Source: Anthoceros angustus
Taxonomy: Eukaryota; Plantae; Anthocerotophyta
DNA: 64,000 bases
Direction: 5' to 3'
NCBI GenBank assembly: GCA_010909165.1
Contig: VJWM01000289.1
Location: 61,051 to 125,050 of the forward strand
In this document: positions 37,334-47,913 of the stretch, piece after piece
Layout of the letters: each line of letters starts with the position of its first letter
Numbering within the stretch: position 1 is the stretch's first letter
Notes under the pieces: model-generated
The model's input: the letters and a program-made list of their open reading frames with translations, nothing else
Database searches by the model: none
Told to the model about the DNA's origin: nothing
Translations under genes and position numbers: made by a program

Positions 37334-38550
37334 TTCGGCACAGTGACCGAAGATCTTAAATGCAGTGGTTCGTGGGCTACGGCGTAGAAGGATGTGGGAG
37401 TTCACCGAGGTGTGATGCGGTCGGCCGGGTTACGGCCTACATTGTCGACACAATGGCCCCTCACCTATATACTACCGTAGCACCATTCGAGAAGTGGGGA
37501 ATCGATTGTAATCAAACCTACCGCCGCAATGGAAAAGGAAACAAAGACATTTTGGTGGCTACGGATTATTGTATCAAGATGGTGGAGGCCAAGTACCGAG
37601 GAAGGATCCGCCGTGGCAAAGTTTATTCGAGAACATCATAACGAGGTACGGGTGTCCTTTAGAGTTGGTCACGACGAGGGACACATTTCCTCAACTCGCT
37701 GCTGAGTCCCTAACCACCTACTTCAACATTCGGCACCGAAAGACGACCCCCTACAACCCCAAGGCGAACGGATTGAGAAGACGAACGGATTGCCAGGCAC
37801 AATCCTCACCAAGGTAGAACACACACATGTATGGATCGATGCGCATTCAAGACTGGGCTTACAGGACCGCGGAGAAGGTAACCACCAAGAAGACCCCTTA
37901 TTATCTGACGTATGGAATGTCGCCTGTGATGCCCGTGGAATTTGAAGTACCTACCTACAGGATCATGGAGGATGAACGCATGACTGTAGAAGATAGTCAG
38001 TTAGCTAGGCTAGAATCTTTCATGGAGCAGGAGGAACGTAGGGAAGATGCTTTAGAGGAGACTCAGCGAATTCAGGAGCTCAGAAAGGACCGGCATGATG
38101 GAAAAGTGAGGAAGCAGGAGGCTATCACAGCCGGGGATTTAGTTCTTCTCTACGATAGTTTGGTGACTCCTGGAAAGCTTAGGTGAGATGGATGGGACCT
38201 TATGAGGTAGTAGCAAGATATGAGAATGGATCCGCAACCCCAAAAGAGGCGGAGAAGTGTTGCCCACTGTGAGTAAATGGGTGGAAGGTTAAGAAGTACC
38301 TTCACTGAGAATTCGCTGTTTGTAGGACGCAAACAAGTGAGGAGGGGAGTATGTGGAACGCAAAAGTTTGGGCAACTACCCCAAAAGAGCCGTAAGGCAA
38401 ACAAGTTTGATTTTCTTTGGCTAAAAATGATTGAAGAGGAGCATGTGAAATTTTCTCTGAAGTCAAGTTGTAGGATATTGTTAGGAAGTCGAAGGAAGAT
38501 ATCCCAGACAAAGAACGGGTCAAACGACCCCAAAGCGGCGTAATGGCACC
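37334..38550 (+). mobile_element. Tat/Athila-type gypsy integrase, PPT and LTR start. Partly duplicated at 39562-40210 and 35097-35200.
   Basis: PFEKWGID, MVEAK, ENIITRYGCPLELV, HRKTTPYNPKANG, KKTPYYLTYGMSPVMPVEFE, VNGWKVKKY, then GAGGAGGGGAG-TA-TGT at ~38340-38355. Confidence 0.85.
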
Positions 38551-41500
38551 AAAAGGAGGAAGGGAATCGCCTCCCAAACTTCCACAGGTGGTGAGGGGTT
38601 CGCTCAGGGCGTATGGAGTCAGGAATCCTCGGTCGTCCTCCTCCGAGTCGCTTGGTCTTGAAGGGCGACCCCCACCTCAGGCGCCCTTGCACGCTCTACT
38701 TACGGGGCCTCCGGCCCTTGGGCGCCCGTTCAAGCTCTCCCTCCTTGAGAGCTCGAAATGTCCCCATACATGAATCGGTATGGGGTCGGCCGATAAGCGA
38801 GGCTTCGCTCCTTAGCTTGCGTGCCTCTGGCCCAGGCGAAGATAATCCTTCCCAGTCGCTCTCTTCCCATGGGCGCATGCGAGAATACCAGCGGGTTATC
38901 ACCAAGGTGATCCACCTTGGTGGCGAGTTCAATGGACAATGATCGGGCTACCGCCCTTACTCGGATCCGGATCGGATATCAACCATCCGTTGGTTGTCAT
39001 TGCGTTCGAGCCTCGGCATCGTGGCGGGGCCCTATCTTCCCCGCCGCCTTAAGGGGCTCGGCACCCTTCTTCCTCCTTGGGCGGTTGTAGGCCATCCTCG
39101 GGACCTCAAGGTCCATCGCCTCGGGTCCTCCGGAGGTTCTTGGATCGGACCTCCTTGTTGATCGCCATCTTGCAAACTCCGGACTAGAGTAGCGTTGTCA
39201 AAGGTCGAGACCTGGAACCATCCTGCCTCCCCACCAATTCCCACTTCCTCCGGCCCGGGCCCGAAGTCCGGATAGCGCGGGTCACAATGTTGCGCTCCAC
39301 GGTCCATGGCTCCCAGGTTCCGTCGGCTTTTGGGTGCCATTGCTTTCTCCTCCTCTTGTTCTTTGTAGGCTGCTGGCGGTCGGCGCGATGTTCCTCCTTC
39401 GCGCGTTGCTCCAACCTTGGGTGCGCGCTCTAAAGTGGGCGCCCAAAAGATGCGCGGAGCGGATTGCGGGCGCGGGCTATGAGGGGTTATGCGGAGGCTG
39501 CGCGGTGACCTCCCTCCCTCCTTGGCGCTTGTGGAAATGGCTGGGGCGGAAGGCGCCTCACTAAGAAGACCCCTTATTATCTCGACGATGGAATGTCGCC
39601 TGTGATGCCCGTGGAATTTGAAGTACCTACCATGTGATCATGGAGGATGAACGCTCAGAGAAGATAGTCGCTTAGCTAGGCTAGAATCTTTCATGGAGTG
39701 AGGAACGAGGGAAGATGCTTTAGAGGAGACTCAATTCGTGAGCTCGAAAGGACCGGCATGATGGAAAAGTGAGGAAGGTGGAGGCTATCACCGGGATTTA
39801 GTTCTTCTCTACGATAGTTTGGTGACTCCTGGAAAGCTTAGGTGAGATGGATGGGACCTTATGAGGTAGTAGCAAGATATGAGAATGGATCCGCAACCCC
39901 AAAAGAGGCGGAGAAGTGTTGCCCACTGTGAGTAAATGGGTGGAAGGTTAAGAAGTACCTTCACTGAGAATTCGCTGTTTGTAGGACGCAAACAAGTGAG
40001 GAGGGGAGTATGTGGAACGCAAAAGTTTGGGCAACTACCCCAAAAGAGCCGTAAGGCAAACAAGTTTGATTTTCTTTGGCTAAAAATGATTGAAGAGGAG
40101 CATGTGAAATTTTCTCTGAAGTCAAGTTGTAGGATATTGTTAGGAAGTCGAAGGAAGATATCCCAGACAAAGAACGGGTCAAACGACCCCAAAGCGGCGT
40201 AATGGCACCAAAGGGCGGTAGGTCAGACTACCATCGAGGTCGCCACACACGGTAGGTCGAGAAAAGGAGCATCACGGTAAGTCGCCATCACCGCTGACCC
40301 AAGGGATCTCGCCAGAAAAGCAATGAATATAGGGGATATCCACTATATATGCTCATCAATAGGGGAATAAATATATAGGTTAATTAGGGTAGCGGCTAGA
40401 ATAGAAAAGATAGGCGCTTTAGATAGGATTAGGATTTTGTAAATGATGAACCAAATCTAGGGTTGTGCAGCAGTGGCACATCCAAAGAAGGCAAAGTGCG
40501 CTTGGGGCAAATAACTTCCTCTTCGAGAGGCGCCTCACTACAAAGAAGACTGGAGCCGGAGCGTAAGGAAGCGCGAGAAAAGGAAGCTGCCATTGCTTTC
40601 TCCTCCTCTTGTTCTTTGTAGGCTGCTGGCGGTCGGCGCGATGTTCCTCCTTCGCGCGTTGCTCCAACCTTGGGTGCGCGCTCTAAAGTGGGCGCCCAAA
40701 AGATGCGCGGAGCGGATTGCGGGCGCGGGCTATGAGGGTTATGCGGAGGCCGCGGCCTCTCCCCTTGGCGCTTGTGGAAATGGCTGGGGCGGAAGGCGCC
40801 TCTTCGTTGTCGTAGCGCGAGTGCATGCGCCTCGACCCTCGCGCTTACCTGCTTACGCGCCGCGCCGGCGTGAATACCCTCTGCGGCCTGCAGCATTCAG
40901 TCTGACCTCTGCATGCGACCTCCACTCGGGGCCGTCCGTGGCGCCGCCTCGTCATCCTCACGCCTCGCTCCTAGGTTACTTTCACTGGCGTACTTATCCT
41001 GTTTGACACAGGTGGGTTGGACTTATCCGTTACTCCGGCGTAGTCGGAGCTTGCCATAGTGGTGCGGGGTCCGTTGTTCACTCCAGTCGGAGTATACTCG
41101 AGCCTCGTCGGCGCTACCCCAATTTATTCCTCCTTTTCCTTATTTATCCTTCAATCCTAAAAAGCGAAACCCTACTTATTTCTTAACTCCCGAGAAGTGC
41201 AGCCCACATACTCCCTTCTCATCATTGGCGTCTCGCCAACACTAAGCATATACTTCTTCACCCGTTCAGTGGGCAGACTCTCCATCTAGGCCGTGGGCCG
41301 GACCCGTGAACTGTGAAGGAGCGCGGTGCCGGAATTTGTCAAGGGCGGAGCCAAGTCGAGGAGCCTAGCGTGTGAGATTGAAGGGATTGAAGACGAGGAG
41401 GAGCAAATTGAACGGAGAAAGAGGAAACGCCACCCGCCGCCTTGCCCCGGAGGAGAAATCGCGAGGGGAAATTAGCCAGCCTAGAAGGCCTGCCGTGGCT

Positions 41501-41699
41501 AACGGTACTTGTGCCTCGGTATTGCTAGTGACAAGGAAGGGAGTGTTTGGGAGTAAAGCTTTGGAGCCCACAAATACCGGAATTGGAGAGTCCTCGGCGT
41601 TGGAAGTGAGAAAGGTGCCATGCCACGGGAAGAGCAAGGGAAGGAGCCACTGCTAAAGGTTCCTCCTGAGAGGAGGAAAGGGCCGGGGAGCGCCACGCC

Positions 41700-42400
41700 G
41701 TGGGGAGGCGAGCTTATAATGCCCCAATTCACTTGTTTTTGCAGCCTTAACCCCGCGATTTTGGTTGATTTTCAATGGGCGAGGAGGATAACATCCAATG
41801 GGATGGGTGTATGGCCGCCAATGGGCCTACACTAATTTAGAGTTGATTGAGGAGTGCTTCATCAATCTCCATCAATCGAGGCAGCCTTGCCGTTATTTAA
41901 AGGAATGCTCGAACGGATCCTCGCCGCCGGACCGTAAGGAGCATTCAACAGTGTGTATGGAGACCGGAGGAGGAAAGCTCAGAATTGCTCTCCTCGAAAG
42001 GTTGAATGGAGGAAAGAGGACGCCTCTCCGAATTCCGCAAGAGCTCCTCGACATGATGGACGGAGGAGTGAAGGCCCATGCCAAGAATGGCTGGAAAACA
42101 GAGCATCAAGGAGTCAAGTGGAGGCTCTTGCTAAGATTGTGCCGGGTTGGTGAATTACCAAAGGACTTCTTATTTCAAAGCACCAACTTCCTCCAGTGGA
42201 AGATTTCCATGGGAGCCAAGCCGGATTGGGGAACAATTATGTAGGAAGCATACATCCACCATGTGGAGAAGCTCCTCGCCGAATTCGTGGATGAAGAAGG
42301 CCTGTGCCTTGCTACCTTAGCACCTATTTTGTTGTCTCGACGATTTTTGTCCTCCATGGCCTTCCACCGCCTTGACGCCCCTGGCCCTCCCATGGTCGAT
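41700..42400 (+). pseudogene. Retrotransposon accessory ORF, tentatively PF20167-like (putative plant transposon protein). Second copy at ~45170-45560.
   Basis: LGWVYGRQWAYTNLELIEEC(F/Y)INLH..LDMMDGGVKAHAKNGWK..KWRLLLRL..ELPK..KISMGAKPDWGTIM. The pattern W..N.ELI.EF..NL and W..L..LP..G..DWG.I is recalled from that family. Confidence 0.45.
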
Positions 42401-42599
42401 CGTCATCTCGTGACGCCCCCGCCCATGTCGGGGTTCCACTTCGCTTTGTTGTCCTGCACATTCGCCCTTCCTTCCCCGCACATTCGGCCCGCTTTCCTCC
42501 ACCACATGCCGGTGGCTTTCCTCTTCATCGTCTCCTTCCATCATTACTCGAAAAGTGGGCACTTCAAACTCTCGGCATTACGGGAGTGTCGTAGGTCAA

Positions 42600-44150
42600 G
42601 AAGGGTCCGTTGTGTGGTCACCTTCTGCCGGGAGCAGTCGGATGGCGCTTAGTATCCCGATCATGGGCGTAGTTCACTGAGTTTATTCGAGATCCTGCGG
42701 ATGAGCCCATTTGTCTTCTGTCGACCCATTGGCCTTAGGATTGTAGGGTGCCGTCTTGCGATGATTGATGCGAAATACTCCGTCATGGCGGCCACCACAT
42801 CATTAAGGAAATGGGTTCCCCTATCACTTACCAAGCTGCGGACATCCGTGCGGGTTATGATGTTCTCAGAATTTGGCCACGGTGTTTGCGAGTCCGTTCT
42901 TGTCGCCCTCTACCCACAGTGCGGTGGTCGTTGCCACCGGGATGTATCTCCTTGTGTGTGTCTTGTGTCAGTATGGGTCCAACAAAGTCAATACCCCACT
43001 TTTGAAGGTGCCGGTGCCAATATCGGTACTAGCGGCCTTTGTGTCGTCGGGGTTGGCTTCCGATCCGGACAAGCATCACACTTCTTCTAAGCGGTGGGTG
43101 TCCCCATACATTGTTGGCCACCGGTATCCGCTTCAAAATCTTTTGGTGGTGACTGTCTTTGCGTAGTGTCCCCCCAATCCTTCGTGCATTCCCAGCGGCC
43201 ACTCTGTCTCTGGGTTGCAAGTACCTTCGTTCTCTCCGGCCCTAATTTGAACACACACCGTTGTACATTACGAAGGGTCGAGCATAGTGCACGAATGCCT
43301 CCCTCATCCGAGTGATTTTGGAAGCTCCATTCCCAGTGCCTATTTCTTCGTGGTCGGACGGCCGGACCCTCCCTTCTCCGCTTCGCTAAGTGCCGGTTCT
43401 CGTAGCTTGGGGTTCGGTGGGCTCCTCCGGTTGTACTTTTCTGCGGCAACCAATGTCTCATCCGGAGCATCTTCCGATCTCTCAACACCTGTTTTCAATC
43501 GTGAAATGCATTTTTTTTGCCTCCCTTGTCTTGTTTCCACTTGACGTGAACTCCTGGCAACAATATCCACCTTGCTATCCGTCCGGACAGTCCTTATTCA
43601 CCGGATGCTTGAGCAAAGTGGTCTACATAGAACACAAACTCCGGGTAGCGGTAGTGTCGAATTTCTTGTGACATATACCATACCCGATGCTTCGCCTCTG
43701 TAGTTGTGTATTTTAGTTCGCGTGGGTGAGTCGTCCGGTAGTATACGGGATAATCCCTTGCGCCGTCCGCCGGCTCGGCACTACTCCGATAGCAAAAGCG
43801 GACACATCTACATACATGAAATTTCTGCTCGATCCGGTCCTCTTAGAACGTGCGCTTACCAAGGTGTTCTCCGAAGGCCTCCTCTCGCTCAGACGGTCCA
43901 AACCTCCTCCTTGGAAGGCCACGATCAGATCCTTCTCTTAGCTTATATCATTCAAGAACGCATTCTTTCCCGCTCTCCGCAATGTCCCGTGATCTCGGGT
44001 TCGCCCATACTTTTGCCTCCCTCACACGCCCGAGAACTCCGCACCGAATCGCGCCGCGACCGCCCATAGCCTTTCCATGTTTGTCGCTCTTTTCTAGTAT
44101 TCCATACTACGCCTCGGCCATCTCGCCGGATACGTAAGCATACCGCTTGT
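42600..44150 (-). mobile_element. Tat/Athila-type gypsy pol fragment (RT end, RNase H, integrase), heavily frameshifted
   Basis: Minus-strand fragments KFRHY..FVFYVDH..LSGRIARWILL (RH) and ENIITR..LVSDRGTHFLNDVVAAMTEYF (INT core). Confidence 0.8.
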
Positions 44151-46555
44151 GAAAACGCAACACCCAAATGGCCCGAGAAGGAAGTAGACTACCGTGGTAG
44201 GCTGACGAATTTCGGCTAAAAAGGAAAATTAGAATAGGGGGGGATATCCACTATATATGCTCATCAATAGGGGAATAAATATACAAGGTAATTAGAAAGC
44301 GATTCATTAGAGATAGTAGGTAAAATAGGAAATAAGCAGCATAGGTAGGATTAGGATTTTGGAATGATAGACCAGATCTAGGGTTGTACAGCCTCCAGGT
44401 GGCAGCCATCCAAAGAGGGCAAAGTGCAATTTGGGCAACGCCAACTTTCCCTTCGAACTGAGCCAACTTCACTTCGCGAGACTGGAGCTGGAGCGTATAC
44501 GCAAGAGGGGAGAAGGAAGTCTGCCATCGCCATCGTCGCAAGAGGAAGGAAGGCGGCGGGAAGGAGAGACGGACTGGAAGTAGTTAGAAGGAAACCCCGC
44601 CCGGCGATTGGCGAAGAAGAAAAGGGAAAGGAGGTGGAGAAGAGGCAGTCGCTGTGGAGCGTGAAAAGCACCAGGAGCTGCTGGAAAAACACCAAGGAGG
44701 GCTGGTGCTGAAAGCTGGAGCACCAAGAGTGATGCGGTAACGGAAATTGGAAGCTTAGCGAGGAGCGCAGAGCTGGGTTGCCGAAGACGCCTTCGGAAGG
44801 AGAAAGCGAGAGGGCAATTTGCTGGCGGACCTCCACTTCTTCCACGTCGTCCGGGTTCACCGTCTCCGTTCCGTCTTTTCGTGCGTCAAACCCCTCGTCC
44901 TCCTCTCGGGGATCGTCCTCTCGCATCCCCATTCTCGAAGAGCTCGTCGGAGGTGAATCGTGTTACTCCTTGATGTCGCTTTTCCTTGGTCGACTCTTGT
45001 TGTCTCCCCTTGTCTTTGGTCCGACCTCCTCTTCACTTCCTTCCTCCGGCCCGTTGTGGCGTTTACTAAAACAATCAACCACTTCCGCCAAAGGCATCCG
45101 CGAGTCCATCTCCTCCTCGAAGGAGGAAGGGCAAAAGTCAGCAGGCTACGCCAGAGGAGGCGAGCTTAATGCCGCAATTTACGTGCTTTTGCAGCTCAAC
45201 CCTGTGGATTTGGTGGATTTCAAAGGCGGAGGAAGAAACATCCAATTGGGATGGGTGTATGGCCGCCAATGGGCCTACACCAATTTGGAATTGATTGAGG
45301 AGTGTTACATCAACCTCCATCAATCGGAAGCAGCCTCGCCGCAGCGAGAGGAATGCTAGAACGGATCCGCTGCGTGTGAGCATTCGACTGTGTATGGGAG
45401 ACCGAGGAGGAGAGCTCGGAATTGCTCTCTCGAGGACAAATGGAGGAAGAGGACATCGCCTCCGAAATTCCCGCAGAGTTCTTGACATGATGGATGGAGG
45501 AGTGAAGGCCCATGCCAAGAATGGCTGGAAAGACAAGAGGAGTCAAGTGGAGGCTCTTTGCAAAGATTGTATTGGGGTTGAGCTTGTATTGTCGGATTCG
45601 GTGGCACGCTCGGCTTCAAATCGATCTTATGCTCTCCACTTCTTGAATGCCCTTCATGTCGTGACCTTGAAGGCGAACACCTCATAAAACTCCCCAGTGC
45701 TTTAGTCCTTCCTTGGTCCAGGAGGCATGCCTTTCTTAAACTTGAGAATTTGCTGGCGGACCTCCACTTCTTCCACGTCCGGGTTCACCGTCTCCGTTCC
45801 GTCTTTGCCTCACGTCAAACCCCTCGTCCTCCTCTCGGGGATCGTCCTCTCGCATCCCCATTCTCAAGAGCTCGTCGGAGGTGAATCGTGTTACTCCTTG
45901 ATGTCTTTTCCTTGGTCGACTCTTGTTGTCTCCCCTTGTCTTTGGTCGACCTCCTCTTCACTTCCTTCCTCCGGCCCGTTGTGGCGTTTACTAAAACAAT
46001 CAACCACTTCCGCCAAAGGCATCCGCGAGTCCATCTCCATAAGTTTGGAAAGGCCTTTGCCTTTGCATTGAAGAAGACAATGGGAGGTCGACCTCCACAA
46101 GCATGCTAGGCAAGAGAAGGAGAGGCAACAAGGTTGATGGGGAATCTTTCCTTCCCAAGAGCAAGGGGAGGAGGAAGAGCAAGGTCCGAGAGGGCCGAAT
46201 GGTAGTCTATGAGGAGGACCCAGAGGGGTGATGCCCAAGGGTGGGGAGTCCCCACCATTTCTTTCGTTAGGGAGGCACCCCACACTAAGGTAGACTACCA
46301 GGTGGGCGCCACCACCACAGTGGTAGGTGCTACCCCGGGGAGCACCTCACCGCTGGTAGAGCAGCACCCCACGCCCAGGCGCAGCTTACCATGTAGGGAA
46401 GGAAGGAGAAGCACGAGGCGCGCTACGCGCCAGGCCGCCCACTCCGCTGGAGCGGATGGGGCGACAGAGGACCACCGCTGCTGAGGAGCAAGGGAGCTGG
46501 AAATTTCCAAAGAAGAAGGCGAGGGTGGAATTGGGGACCCCTAGAGAATTGCTGA

Positions 46556-47414
46556 GTGCAAGCACTCACTGCAGTGGATTTGAAGGGGCTAGGAACTAGC
46601 AGCCTTTGTGGGCATGCCGAGGAAGTCAAGGCCCAAGAAATGACGGAGAGGAGAGCAGGGACCAAGTGGCAATTGGAGGCCATGGAGTCCGACGAGAAGG
46701 CAGCCAAGTTAGAGAGGGCTGTGGAGAAACTCCAGCGGGATCTTGTGGATCAACGGCGCGCCGAGAAGGTCCTAGAGGGGAGGTTGTCACAAACCGAGGA
46801 GAGAGCTATTCGAGCGACAACCCAGCGAGACTCTTGGAGGCAAAAGGCGGACGAGCATTTTGCCCAATTAGAGCAAGAGAGAAAGAGCAAAACAGAGGCC
46901 CTAGGAAGGAGAAGGTGCACCCAACAAATGGACGAAGAGCAGTGTGATGGCTACCCAAGCCATCAAGATCCGGACATGGAAGAGGAATCAAGAACGACCA
47001 TTTGGAGGAGAAGCGCATGGAGTTGGGGCTCAAGATCAAGAATTGCGTGAGCCGGAGCACAAGAAGAGTGGGCAAGCGGAAAGAGAAGGACTTGCTCAGC
47101 AACTAAGAGACTCGGAGGGGAAGAGGTCTCAGGAAGAGGAATACCACAAGAAGGTGGTACATAGGATGCTGGTGGTAAGGAAGAGGCGATTTTGGGCAGA
47201 TTATGCCCTTCAGGCGAAATTAGCCAACCAGCTGAAAGAAGCAAGGGAGGAGAATGTGACCCTCCATGTCAAGGTGGGAGAATTGACCACCGCAAGGGAC
47301 GCCTACAAGAGTAGGTGTGAGGATGGAGAGTGGCCCACGGAGATTGATGATCTCCAAATGCGTGATTACAGCTTGGGGCTCACCTCCACAACAGATTTTG
47401 AAGGCCAACAATGA
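46556..47414 (+). pseudogene. Coiled-coil accessory ORF (frameshifted). Inverted homolog at ~62750-63196 (-).
   Basis: EEE(Y/H)HKKVVHRMLVVRKRRFWADYALQ.KLANQL.EAREENVTLHVKVGELTT.RDAYK.RCEDGEW is shared by both copies. Confidence 0.65.
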
Positions 47415-47913
47415 AGTGGCCAAGAGGAGGACAATAGGTCCTCATGATGATGATAGAAGGAGCGCAAGTGTGGAAGCCTCATTGACGAGGCTGTGACATG
47501 GACCCGAGGAACTGGGGAGCTCAAGGAGGAGAAGAGACAGCCGCTGTGAGCGAAGGATGGCGTGAGGAGCGAGGAGGTGGGGGAACCAATCCCACCGGGA
47601 GAATGGTGGACTGGATCCGACCTGCTAAGAAGGAAGGAGGAGGAGAAGTTCCTCATCCCACGAGCGAGGGAAGGCCCGAGCTGTGAGAGGAGGCGATGGG
47701 TAAAGGGCCCTAAAGATTAGTGGAAATCGGGTCGATAATTGAGGGAGGAAGAATCTTCAAGATGCTCCATGATAGGTAAGGACAAACCAAACAGGAGGAA
47801 AAGAGCACAGAAGATTCCAACCCGAGAGGCATCGCCAATGGAGAAGAAGAAGAAAAATGAAGATCAGACTACCATAGTCTACCCCTTGGTAGTCTCGACC
47901 TCATCCGCGGTGG

